Shown one piece after another: positions 36,554-46,377 of a DNA stretch of 64,000 nt. The position numbers and the translations under genes are program-made. The notes under the pieces are model-generated. The model was not told the DNA's origin, did not search any database, and saw nothing but the letters and a program-made list of their open reading frames with translations. The DNA lies in NCBI GenBank assembly GCA_038728965.1, contig JAVYSX010000001.1, positions 30,586 to 94,585 on the forward strand, written 5' to 3'. Every line of letters starts with the position of its first letter. Position 1 is the first letter of the stretch. This DNA is from Thermoplasmatales archaeon (lineage in GTDB: Archaea; Thermoplasmatota; Thermoplasmata; Thermoplasmatales; GCA-001856825).

Positions 36554-37383
36554 AGCTCGCAACGAGGGGTTCCGAGCTTGCTATAGCGCAGTTCAATATA
36601 ATCTCTGATTCCTTGATGGCAAAAAGCGTGAAGGGTGAACCAGTTATCGTCAGATCCCATGGGGAAATTGATCTCTCGACACCTCTGTACAGGATGGAGG
36701 AGAGGGGTATCTTTGTAAAAAGACTCAATGAACTAGTTCTGGAGGGAGCTGTGGACGGGGCAGTTCATTCCGCCAAGGATATCCCGACAGAAATAGATGA
36801 CAGCCTGGAGATCTCCTACTACTCTAAAAGAGGCGATCCGAGAGATTTTTTCGTTTCGAAGTACGATTTAACTCAATTTGAGGGAACCGTGGGATCGTCC
36901 TCAATGAGAAGGAGAACATTCCTTAGGCTTTTCAATAAAAAACTGCAGTTCCGTGATATACGCGGCAACATAAACACGAGGATTGAGAAGTGGAGAGGAG
37001 GGGAGGTAGATTCACTCGTTGTAGCCAAGGTTGCACTTGACAGGTTGGGCCTGTCTATCCCGGGGAACCCCATCCCCACCGACATATGCCCTCCCGACCC
37101 CAATCAGGGTTTCGTGGCGGTAGTATCCCGAAAGGGAAGTGCCACCTCCAAAATTCTGTCTTCGATGCAGGATCCGCTGGCCAGATGGGAGGCAGAAACT
37201 GAGCGGGAAATAATGAAGAAACTGGGACTTGGATGCGATGTTGCTGTGAGCGTTTTTGCTAACTACGATTTGAAAAAAATATACTTTTCGTACGCGAATG
37301 AAGATGCTAGGTTCGACTTAACCTTCAATGAGACTATAGAAACTAAGGATATTTTGAAGATGAGGGATATAATTGGCAAATAA
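36538..37383 (+). CDS. hemC: porphobilinogen deaminase (hydroxymethylbilane synthase)
   Basis: LATRGSELAIAQ and RGNINTR motifs. 281 aa. Confidence 0.85.
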   Translation: MERTMKLATRGSELAIAQFNIISDSLMAKSVKGEPVIVRSHGEIDLSTPLYRMEERGIFVKRLNELVLEGAVDGAVHSAKDIPTEIDDSLEISYYSKRGDPRDFFVSKYDLTQFEGTVGSSSMRRRTFLRLFNKKLQFRDIRGNINTRIEKWRGGEVDSLVVAKVALDRLGLSIPGNPIPTDICPPDPNQGFVAVVSRKGSATSKILSSMQDPLARWEAETEREIMKKLGLGCDVAVSVFANYDLKKIYFSYANEDARFDLTFNETIETKDILKMRDIIGK

Positions 37384-38050
37384 TGTAGCCTATGTCGGTA
37401 CCGCACTGGGTAAGTCTTTAGCAGGCGTAATCGAGATCCCTGTGCTTAAAATTTCATACAGGGACATCTCTTATTTGGGTAAGATAATAACGCCCATTGC
37501 TCTCATGTCAAAGAGGGCTGTGACCTCTCTTAAGATGTCTGACGTTTCTATAGGGACAGCACGAATTTACTGTATCGGAGAGGAGACTGCCAAATATCTG
37601 AATTGCTTGTATTCGTTGGACTGCATGATTCCGGAACTCCAAAATACTGAGGGCCTAGCAAGCCTCATAGTCTCAAAAGAGAAGAGAATTACAGTAATAG
37701 GGAGCAACAGGACATCTGCCAAATTCATAACAAATCTTGAAAATAAAGGGGTTGAGGTCAGGCATATCCCAGGCTATAACATAGAGGAAAATGAGGGTGT
37801 CAGGTACGAAGATCTGGAAAAAGCTAATAAGATACTAGTTGGTTCTTCGTTCTCTTTTGAGATCCTGTACCGGAGAGCAAAAAACTTCATCGCCGACAAG
37901 TTACTTTATGCTATAGGTAAACCCACGTATCTCACTATGATAAATAAATCAGTTACTCCCAGAGGATACTTTGAAAGACCTTCGATATACGAAATCCTTG
38001 ACATCCTTCTCAATGATCTGGAAGATAGGTTCATTTTGAAGGGCACGTAG
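37373..38050 (+). CDS. hemD: probable uroporphyrinogen-III synthase
   Basis: 225 aa ORF with a TTG start overlapping hemC. The call rests on size and position between hemC and hemA; the family is poorly conserved, so sequence motifs are weak. Confidence 0.5.
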   Translation: MANNVAYVGTALGKSLAGVIEIPVLKISYRDISYLGKIITPIALMSKRAVTSLKMSDVSIGTARIYCIGEETAKYLNCLYSLDCMIPELQNTEGLASLIVSKEKRITVIGSNRTSAKFITNLENKGVEVRHIPGYNIEENEGVRYEDLEKANKILVGSSFSFEILYRRAKNFIADKLLYAIGKPTYLTMINKSVTPRGYFERPSIYEILDILLNDLEDRFILKGT

Positions 38051-38150
38051 TATTGCTTTCGGAAAGATGTGTCAGGATGCCTGAAAGGTCATTTCCCAAT
38101 TACGTAAAGGTAAATAATGCAGTTGTACTAAGGTTTAAGGGTGTTAAAAC

Positions 38151-39374
38151 TTGGATAAAGGGGGCCTATTCCTGGTAAAGGTTACGTACAGCGATCTTGG
38201 TTCACTTTACTTTTCCAGCGTTCCGAGATTTGAGATAGAGGAAGTTTATGATTACATAAAGAGGAATGAAAGAATCCAGGAAGCCATGGTTCTGTGGACT
38301 TGTAACAGGTTTGAGATCTATTTTTACCCCGGTGACAAAGAAACTGTGGAATTCGTGGAAGACTACCTGAACAAGAAAGCAGGACAGCATTCCGTTGTCC
38401 ACGGATTGGATGCAATAAGGCACCTGTTTCTCGTTGCATCAGGACTAGATTCGATGGTAGTTGGGGAGAACGAAATATTATCTCAGATTAGAGATGCATT
38501 TAAAATTTCTGAAGAAAAAGGACTTGCCGGTAGAAACTTGAACCCCGTAATTAACAAGGCTTTACAAGTGGGGAAGAAAGTTAGGAGTGTTTCTGGAAAC
38601 GGACGGCACAATAAGAGCCTGGCAAGCATTGCGATAGATGAGATGAACTTGAATGGTAACGAAAAAATACTAGTAGTCGGGGCAGGGCATATAGGGAAGC
38701 AGGCCTCCTACATTCTCAAAAGGAGAGGACTAGAATTTTCCATCACAAACAGGACAGGGGAAAAGGCGAAACAAATCGCGCAGTTACTAGGGGGTACGGT
38801 GGAGGATTTTGACAGGAAGAAATGGAAAAACTATGATGTCCTAATAATGGCCACGAAAGCAGACTCCTCGATCCTTAGCTACAGCGATATTCAAAATTCT
38901 CGGGTTAAGAAAATCCTGGACCTTGGAGTTCCTCCGAATGTAGAGGAAAACGTTCCAGAGGGGGTCCACCTTGTTAATATGAAGGATCTATCGACAAAAG
39001 TCAGAGGAAAGGAGGAGGAAAGAGAAGAATTCACGAGAAAGGCGTTGAAGACTGTGGAAGAGGAATTTGAAAAGTTTTCAACGAGGATGATGAACAGGGA
39101 GAAGGAAGACATCCTGAGAAGGATAATTGATTTCTCCCAAAGGGTTATCGAAGAGGAGTTAGGTTATATGGAGAAAAAGGTTACCTCTGATGAGGATCTA
39201 TACCTTATGAAGAAAGGCCTGGAATCAACCAGAAACAAACTCCTAGGCTTCGTAATAAACGGGATCAAGAGATCGAACGATGTCAGGTCTTCTGAAACCG
39301 TTACCAATATGGAGGCGATTCTTGATGAGAACTTATCCAGATATGAGGATGAGAAGGCTAAGAAAATCGGCTGA
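38151..39374 (+). CDS. hemA: glutamyl-tRNA reductase
   Basis: Catalytic Cys context WTCNRFEIY. GLDSMVVGENEILSQI. NADPH fold VVGAGHIGK. Confidence 0.88.
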   Translation: MDKGGLFLVKVTYSDLGSLYFSSVPRFEIEEVYDYIKRNERIQEAMVLWTCNRFEIYFYPGDKETVEFVEDYLNKKAGQHSVVHGLDAIRHLFLVASGLDSMVVGENEILSQIRDAFKISEEKGLAGRNLNPVINKALQVGKKVRSVSGNGRHNKSLASIAIDEMNLNGNEKILVVGAGHIGKQASYILKRRGLEFSITNRTGEKAKQIAQLLGGTVEDFDRKKWKNYDVLIMATKADSSILSYSDIQNSRVKKILDLGVPPNVEENVPEGVHLVNMKDLSTKVRGKEEEREEFTRKALKTVEEEFEKFSTRMMNREKEDILRRIIDFSQRVIEEELGYMEKKVTSDEDLYLMKKGLESTRNKLLGFVINGIKRSNDVRSSETVTNMEAILDENLSRYEDEKAKKIG

Positions 39375-40296
39375 ACTCAGGGAAGCATTTTCCGAGACTA
39401 GGGTTTATCTCGCGAAGATGGTAATGCCACTGTTTGTCGATGAAAACATTGTGGCGCCGGTTGAAGTAGAAAATATGCCTGGAATTTATAGATATCCTGT
39501 TGAGACCGCAATTGAAAGGGCCAAGGAATATGAAGGTTTAGGGATTAAGGCGATCCTGCTATTCGGTGTCCCGAAATATAAAGATTCGGTTGGTTCTTCG
39601 TCTTACGATCCAAATGGAGTTGTGCAGAGGGCAATAAAAGGAATAAAGAATGAAACAGACCTCATAATATGGGCAGATCTCTGCCTATGCGAATACACTG
39701 ATCATGGACACTGCGGCCTGATAAAGGATGGAAGAATAGATAACGATTCAACACTGGATATTTACGCGAAGATAGCTACAAGCTACGCGAGCGCCGGGGT
39801 GGACGGTGTGGCACCCTCGGGGATGATGGATGGCCAGGTCGCAAGGATCAGGAAGGAACTAGATATTAACGGATACGCTGATACCTTAATAATGGCATAC
39901 AGTTCAAAATTTGCAAGTTCATTGTACGCCCCGTTCAGAGGTGCTGTCAACTCCGCCCCATCATTCGGCGATAGAAAGACATACCAGATGAACTTCAGGA
40001 ATAGGAGGGAAGCCCTGAGGGAGATAGAGGAGGACATAGAGGAGGGCGCGGACATAGTTATGGTAAAACCTGCACTGTTCTACCTCGACCTGGTAAGAGA
40101 GGCAAGAGATAACTTTAATATCCCAATTGCTGCATACAGCGTAAGCGCTGAATATTCTATGATCAAGAATGCGGGCGACAATGGTATAATCGACTTGAAA
40201 TCTGTAGTAGATGAGTCTCTCACTGCAATATTTAGGGCAGGCGCCGACATCGTGATAAGTTATTTCACGGAATACTATGCGAGAACTTGGAAGTAG
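39325..40296 (+). CDS. hemB: porphobilinogen synthase (ALA dehydratase), Zn-type
   Basis: RMRRLRKS N-terminus. Cys-rich metal site DLCLCEYTDHGHCG. Schiff-base Lys in IVMVKPA. AYSVSAEYSM motif. ATG 39325 has GGAGG 9 nt upstream. The tracked 39280 start lies deep inside hemA. Confidence 0.88.
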   Translation: MRTYPDMRMRRLRKSAELREAFSETRVYLAKMVMPLFVDENIVAPVEVENMPGIYRYPVETAIERAKEYEGLGIKAILLFGVPKYKDSVGSSSYDPNGVVQRAIKGIKNETDLIIWADLCLCEYTDHGHCGLIKDGRIDNDSTLDIYAKIATSYASAGVDGVAPSGMMDGQVARIRKELDINGYADTLIMAYSSKFASSLYAPFRGAVNSAPSFGDRKTYQMNFRNRREALREIEEDIEEGADIVMVKPALFYLDLVREARDNFNIPIAAYSVSAEYSMIKNAGDNGIIDLKSVVDESLTAIFRAGADIVISYFTEYYARTWK

Positions 40297-40344
40297 TTGC
40301 TTTGCAAGCTTAATTTTATTTAAATAGGAAGAATTTCTCGCTTA

Positions 40345-41298
40345 TTGGTGAAAACGGTAATCTGGAACATTGATTTCAAGTGTAATCTGCTCTGCAAAGG
40401 ATGCAACGCCTTTGAAGGTAATGTACTTTTTCCTAAAGATAAAATTGATGATTTCATAGATGAGATGAAATATAACAAAGTCAAAATTGTATCCGTTACA
40501 GGGGGGGAACCTACTCTGCATCCTGATCTCCCGAGAATATTAAAGACACTCAAGGAGAAGGGATTTATAACGCATATAGCAACAAACGGAACGAACAAAT
40601 ATGTTCTAAGCAAGATTTATCCCTATCTGGACGCGGCAACGATTAGCCTTGATAGCCACGTTCCCGAACTTCACAATGAGTACCGGGGGAGGAAAATTTT
40701 TGATATAGTAGTAGAGAGCATGAAGTATCTTAAACCACGGGTTAAGGTTCTCACGTCAAATATTCTCGTGACGGATTTCAATTACAACAGGATAGGCGAA
40801 TACGCTAAATTTGTAAATGAGGAGATAGGTGTTCCCGCATCTATGTGCTTCCCTGACAACAGTTCCTACTACTACGAGAGGGTGCCGGTGGAAAATTCGC
40901 AGATAAAGGAGGCATTTGAATTTGCTTTCAAGAATTATAAAAAGTTCGAATTTGGTAACACGAGAACCTACTACAAAGAAGCTGTAGACTGGCTAGAAAA
41001 GAAAGATGTTCAGAGATGCAGGGCTGGTGAGGAAGTCTTCTATGCGGACTACAGGGGGGACGTTTACCCCTGCTTCTACAAAACTACTAAGAAGCTTAAC
41101 GCGAGCAGGAAATGGGAAAAGTATCAGAATTCCTGCAATGACTGCTTCATACAGTGCTTCAGGGAACCCTCAATGAAGAACTTATTTGAGCAGGGGGCTC
41201 TTGTGACACGGATATATCTTTATAATAAAAGACATAATGGGCATACGAACCTAAATGAGAATCGCCCTGTGCAGCGATACGTACCACCCGATAGCTGA
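40345..41298 (+). CDS. radical SAM protein (function unknown)
   Basis: CNLLCKGC (CX3CX2C) at residues 13-20. GGEPTLHPD motif. 317 aa. Confidence 0.7.
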   Translation: MVKTVIWNIDFKCNLLCKGCNAFEGNVLFPKDKIDDFIDEMKYNKVKIVSVTGGEPTLHPDLPRILKTLKEKGFITHIATNGTNKYVLSKIYPYLDAATISLDSHVPELHNEYRGRKIFDIVVESMKYLKPRVKVLTSNILVTDFNYNRIGEYAKFVNEEIGVPASMCFPDNSSYYYERVPVENSQIKEAFEFAFKNYKKFEFGNTRTYYKEAVDWLEKKDVQRCRAGEEVFYADYRGDVYPCFYKTTKKLNASRKWEKYQNSCNDCFIQCFREPSMKNLFEQGALVTRIYLYNKRHNGHTNLNENRPVQRYVPPDS

Positions 41299-42328
41299 TG
41301 GAGTCTCAAAACATCTCGTGGATTTCAAGGCTGAGCTGGAAAGAAGGGGCCATAACGTAAGGGTTTATACGGTATTCTCGTCCAACGACGACGTATTTGG
41401 ACTTCCATCATACCGTTTTCCTCTTTACAAAGAATACAAGGTCGGTTTACCTGTTTACGAACTCTACAGAGACATGCAGAGGTTCAGGCCAGATGTGGTT
41501 CACGTTCACACGCCGTTCGTGCTCGGCACCATGGGGTACAGATTTGCCCATAAAAGAGGAATTCCAACTGTGGGCACGTACCACACGGATTTCGTGAACA
41601 TGGACGGGACGATTAAGTTTCCCTTCGTCAAGAGCTTGCTCAACATTGGATTTCAGTACAACATGCACCTCTATGCAAAGATGGACGTAACGGTAACGCC
41701 TTCCAAGGTCGCAGAGGAGTACATCTCAAGGTTCATCGACAGAACCGTGACAATACCAGTGGGAATAAACCTCAGTAAATTCAGGTACAGAGAGAATAAG
41801 GAGAATTTCTATCTATTCTTAGGTAGATTGACAAATGACAAGGGGGTTACGGAGCTTCTGAAGGTATCTTCGATCCTCAGCGACAGGAGATTTAAGGTAG
41901 CGGGCGTCGGACCTTTAAAATCCATCGTCGAAGAATATGCAAGGAAGAACAGGAACCTTGAGTACCTTGGATATGTTTCGGAGGAAGAGAAGATAGAGCT
42001 TCTAAGCAAAGCTAAACTACTCATAGTTCCTTCAAGGGCGGAAACGTTTGGAGTCGTGTACGTTGAAGCTATGGCATCCGGTACGCCCGTCGTTGGTTCA
42101 CACGAAAGCAGGGAGATCGGAATACTCCGCAATGGATTCAACGGGTGGTCTGTCGCCTTCGGAAATGAACGCGATCTTGCAAGGAAGATAGCTGAAATAG
42201 ATGGTATGGATCTAAAGACAATAAATAGAAATGCCTTTAATTCCAGCAGGGAGTATTCAATAGAGAGAACAACGGATGCCTTGGAAAAACTGTATGGTGA
42301 ACTAATTGAATCTAAAAGGAAAGGGTAA
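41255..42328 (+). CDS. GT4-family (GT-B) glycosyltransferase
   Basis: MRIALCSDTYHPIADGVSKH N-terminus. EX7E region ETFGVVYVEAMASGTPVV. Confidence 0.85.
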   Translation: MRIALCSDTYHPIADGVSKHLVDFKAELERRGHNVRVYTVFSSNDDVFGLPSYRFPLYKEYKVGLPVYELYRDMQRFRPDVVHVHTPFVLGTMGYRFAHKRGIPTVGTYHTDFVNMDGTIKFPFVKSLLNIGFQYNMHLYAKMDVTVTPSKVAEEYISRFIDRTVTIPVGINLSKFRYRENKENFYLFLGRLTNDKGVTELLKVSSILSDRRFKVAGVGPLKSIVEEYARKNRNLEYLGYVSEEEKIELLSKAKLLIVPSRAETFGVVYVEAMASGTPVVGSHESREIGILRNGFNGWSVAFGNERDLARKIAEIDGMDLKTINRNAFNSSREYSIERTTDALEKLYGELIESKRKG

Positions 42329-43307
42329 ATACATCGGCATCGGAATATCGGCTATAACGATCTTTATATTCGCCTTCATATACGGCCCATCGAATCTGCT
42401 CAGGACCTTTTTATCTCTTCCCCAGGGTTTCGTCGTTTTCTTTCTGGCCGCGATGTGTCTTCACATCCTCTCATTCGTGTTCTGGGGGGCCAGAATTTCT
42501 ATACTTTCCAGAGCTAATGGGATCAGGGTTCGTTTCTCGAAAGCTCTGGACGTTGTAGTGACCTCATTATTCGCTGCATCCCTTACGCCAGGATACGTTG
42601 GTGGGGAACCGGTCAGGGTCAAGAAACTCATAGATTGCGGTGCGAGTGCTGGAACCTCAACAGCAATTGTACTAGGAGAAAGGGGACTGGACTCTATTTT
42701 CTTTACGTCCGTATTCTTTGTCGTCGTAATTACCGGCCTAGAGGTTATCTCAGGGCAGCTTAGATTATATGCTACCATCGGAATCCTGGTGCTGATTTTT
42801 TTTATAATCTTCCTTATCCTTTCCATCAGGATGCACAGAATCGCCGGGCGGATCGGCGCTGCGATTGAGTGGCTCATGTCCAAGCTAAGAACAAGAGGAA
42901 GGTTCCTTAAAATCGACGGATTGAACTTTGCTGGGGAGGTACAGTCTTACTCTTCATCGACCAGGCGGATATTTATTGGTAAACCGGGATACCTCGCTGC
43001 GGGAATAACGGTCACAGCACTGATATGGCTTTCTGATTTTTCGGTCCCCTTAATGCTTCTAATCGGGTTCGGGGTTTTCCCGTCATTCCTCTACGTGATC
43101 TTTATCCAGATTATCCTTGTTCTCATCTCTCTTATACCTCTTACCCCGGGTTCTGCTGGGCTGATGGAAATACTGATGATTGCAACATTCTCCATATTCC
43201 TATCACACAGCCATCTGGTTGCATTTGTCATAATGTGGAGATTCATAACATTTTATTTCAACATAATCCTCGGTTCATTTGCACTGCACAAGGTAGTTAC
43301 AGAATAG
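42306..43307 (+). CDS. lysylphosphatidylglycerol-synthase-TM-region-like (UPF0104, flippase-like) membrane protein
   Basis: About 8 TM helices. 333 aa. TTG start overlapping the glycosyltransferase. Pairing with a GT4 enzyme is typical of this family. Confidence 0.55.
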   Translation: MNLKGKGKYIGIGISAITIFIFAFIYGPSNLLRTFLSLPQGFVVFFLAAMCLHILSFVFWGARISILSRANGIRVRFSKALDVVVTSLFAASLTPGYVGGEPVRVKKLIDCGASAGTSTAIVLGERGLDSIFFTSVFFVVVITGLEVISGQLRLYATIGILVLIFFIIFLILSIRMHRIAGRIGAAIEWLMSKLRTRGRFLKIDGLNFAGEVQSYSSSTRRIFIGKPGYLAAGITVTALIWLSDFSVPLMLLIGFGVFPSFLYVIFIQIILVLISLIPLTPGSAGLMEILMIATFSIFLSHSHLVAFVIMWRFITFYFNIILGSFALHKVVTE

Positions 43308-44614
43308 GAAATTTAAGACGCCCCCCCTGGCCATTAATGTTGGCTGTGGGGTACCCCTTTGAATGCGGTAAATTTTAGCTGTATAGCTAAATTGTGACAA
43401 TTGTTCCCGAAAGCATGTTAACGGTAGTATATTTCCAGAAAGCTGATCCCACTTTCCAGGATTCCAAAATATAACGAAAATGGGAGGAGCTAGATTACAT
43501 AGAGCCTTTAATAATTAAGCGTATTGGAAAAAGGGAGAATTACAGGGTCATCAAATTTCAATTCAGAGGATATCTTTGTATCTTTACTCTCGGACATCGA
43601 ATTGATCCTTGCTCTCAGACATTTACTAACGCGCGAAACTGATTCTTCATCTGCAAATATGGGTTTTATCTACGCTGCCGAAGTAGAAAATACAAGTCTC
43701 GCCCAGCGGATTTTTTTAAGGTAGCTGAATTACTAGTTCTATGGACTGGTTAAATACCTGCTCAACATTTGCTCTGGTTTTACACCTGGAACACGTGACA
43801 AAAGCTGGCCGGTGCCGAATTCTAAAATTCTCTCTATTCTGTCAATAGTTCTGGATTACTACTTCAGAGCGATCGCCTGGATACCGGAATTTCTAGCGCT
43901 CATAACAAATTTCTTCCTTATATTCCGGTTAATTTTTGAAGGCCCCCCGTGACTACATTTATGCTCAAACATTTCCTTTGGTTTTAGACCTAACCGAGTT
44001 CTAAATGAGATACCATTAAATTCTTGAGTTGTGACTTTTGGAAGGGAACACGTTTAATACAGCGGTTTATCAACGACTAAATAAAACGAGATTCCTTATT
44101 TACCTGGTTGGGGTACAGGATCCACTGACACTCATTTTTTTCATATTCCTGGAATTAAAACGAGATATATCTCTGGAACCCGCGTAATTTTATCAGGCGG
44201 GTTCATCCCAGCCAACCTTGTTGATACGGGTATCCACAATAATGTTTCAAACTCAAGTAGATCTAAAATATTTCTATTTAATCTTTTGAATTAAAATTTC
44301 CTTGGTTTCCCGCTTGTTTATTTCAGGCATCTAGGAAATCTGCTCTTTTTCCAGATTGTGAAGATAGGAGGGGAGTTTCCGTAGGGTAACACAGGGTAGA
44401 AAAATTATAGTGAATTTTTTATAATTTCCTAAGCATTTCACGCTATCCTTTAATATGTCTTTGCATTATTTCGAATAGGGTCGATGCATCCACAATTTAA
44501 GCTCTTACCTACCTTGGGCCTGGTTTAAGGATGTTACGTGCCTAAAACCTTCAAAATAATTCCTTTTTCAAACGACAAAATAAATAATAACGGATTATTA
44601 ACCTCTGATTCGGA
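43308..44614. other. 1.3 kb gene-poor A/T-rich stretch with internal imperfect repeats and hairpins (possible decayed gene or unannotated RNA/regulatory region)
   Basis: Only one 66-aa ORF in six frames. A 25/29 direct repeat at 43761-43788 and 43964-43992. The 9-mer GGAACACGT at 43789 and 44046. An 8-bp stem hairpin at 44177-44205. Confidence 0.5.
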
Positions 44615-46285
44615 TTGAATGAGAGTCAGAGACTTAGGAGGTTTGCATTCCGATCTCCAAGATATTATTTGGTTATACCGTTGATTGCCATATTGCCCCT
44701 ATTAGTATATGTTTTCTCTAGGAACATTTACATTTCTTTGATCTATTCATTGGCAATTGTATCTACGATAACTTGGGATTACGCATCTGCAAAGATCTTC
44801 AAATTCAGGTTCCCTATAAACAGGGTTTTTTTTCTTAACGCCGTAAGTCTCTATGCTGCTACCGTGTTCTATCTGATAGTAGTAGGAATCAGGTTCCTCG
44901 GACCTACTCTTGGACTCCTCCTTTCTGTCACAACGATCCCCTTCATAAGGACGATGGTTTTTTTGACGTTTACAGGCAGGAGAGTTGCCTTAACTCACAG
45001 CATAAGTATAGCTTTTCCACTGTTCTTATCCCTTTATATTTTCATTTTATATGGGAGATTTGATATTTTCATAGCGCCTATAATCATATCGAGCGTAATC
45101 TATTCAATTTCTGCACACCTTTTCGTTAAATTTTCGGTGTCCAACTTCGCTCGTGAATTCAGCACTGACCCGATCCGCATACTAAACGAAATCGTCAATT
45201 CAGTTACGTCAGAAATCTCATACAATGCGGTACTCAAGAAATTCTTCGAAGATATATACACGACCCTAGCTCCGAGGGAGGTTTCTGTCCTGAAGCTAAG
45301 CACCGATTCTTCCAAAGTTACGCTTGTTTTCCCGTACGTCCACCCCGGTCCGCTGGGGGAGCTTGGGTCATCTAACATAACGGGAAAACTTCAGAGGGCC
45401 TATCCTAGTGATAACCTTATGGTGTTCCACACAACTACCACCCACGACGACAACTGTGCCGGTGATTCAGAGGTCGAGAAGATTTCAAAGGTGCTCGCCC
45501 TCGATGGGGAGCAATTCGATTATTGCTACGAACCGTATTTTGGCGACCATCTGACCTTCCTTCCCCTGGGCGAAGGCGGCATATTTTTCCTATCCCCCGA
45601 TAATCCCCGGTTTGACGACGTAAAGATTTCGGAGGGAAGAAAGATTGTCAAAAGGGCTAAATCTCTCGGGTTAAAGTGGGCAATTACTGTAGACCAGCAT
45701 AACAACAACATGGAAAAACCAGAGGAACTGACAGATATATCCTATCTTCTCAAAGAGGCGGATGACGCCGTCAAGAGGAGAAAAGTTAAGAGAACGTTAA
45801 AATCATCATTTTCCTGGTCCGTTCCGAAGTTGATGGATATCGGTCCAGGCGGTATTGCGTTTCTGTCGCTGATAATGGGTATCAAGAAGGTGGCAGTGAT
45901 CCTTTTTGATGGAAACAATATGCAGTACGAGCTCAGGAGGAGTATAGAGTCGAAGCTGCTCGGATTTGATAAGATCCTTATATGTACGACGGACAACCAC
46001 ATTGTGAACACCAATGGTCTCAACGTTAATCCAGTTGGAGCATCTTCAAACCACGACGAGATAGTAAACCTTGTTCTCAAACTGGCAGAATCTTCTAGGG
46101 ATCCAAAGGACACAATCGTGGAACGCGTAAAAAGAGATCTGTGGCTAAAAATAGCTGGGGAGAACCAGTGGGAAAAATTGAACAAAACGATAAGGAGATC
46201 AGCTAATAAAGCAAAAGTACTCAGTGCTCTTGCTGTCCTACTCTCACTTGCCCTGTCGCTAACTATTTTCAAGATCCTTAATTAA
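44615..46285 (+). CDS. large polytopic membrane protein with cytoplasmic C-terminal domain (archaeal DUF2070-like)
   Basis: About 7 N-terminal TM helices, a ~330-aa soluble region and a terminal TM anchor. TTG start. The family name is recalled from architecture only. Confidence 0.5.
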   Translation: MNESQRLRRFAFRSPRYYLVIPLIAILPLLVYVFSRNIYISLIYSLAIVSTITWDYASAKIFKFRFPINRVFFLNAVSLYAATVFYLIVVGIRFLGPTLGLLLSVTTIPFIRTMVFLTFTGRRVALTHSISIAFPLFLSLYIFILYGRFDIFIAPIIISSVIYSISAHLFVKFSVSNFAREFSTDPIRILNEIVNSVTSEISYNAVLKKFFEDIYTTLAPREVSVLKLSTDSSKVTLVFPYVHPGPLGELGSSNITGKLQRAYPSDNLMVFHTTTTHDDNCAGDSEVEKISKVLALDGEQFDYCYEPYFGDHLTFLPLGEGGIFFLSPDNPRFDDVKISEGRKIVKRAKSLGLKWAITVDQHNNNMEKPEELTDISYLLKEADDAVKRRKVKRTLKSSFSWSVPKLMDIGPGGIAFLSLIMGIKKVAVILFDGNNMQYELRRSIESKLLGFDKILICTTDNHIVNTNGLNVNPVGASSNHDEIVNLVLKLAESSRDPKDTIVERVKRDLWLKIAGENQWEKLNKTIRRSANKAKVLSALAVLLSLALSLTIFKILN

Positions 46286-46377
46286 TTAGGTGATTTTGAG
46301 ATTTTTTAGAAAAGTTCCTATTTCATAAAATAACATGGGCCAAGATTTTTTTATACGTACGTTACATTCCGTAAGCG

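Noticed and set aside
43761-43992. Direct repeats in the 43.3-44.6 kb region considered as a degenerate CRISPR array
   Set aside because: Only two clear copies exist. They are about 203 bp apart, far more than spacer length, and are imperfect (25/29). No cas genes are nearby. This is not CRISPR-like.
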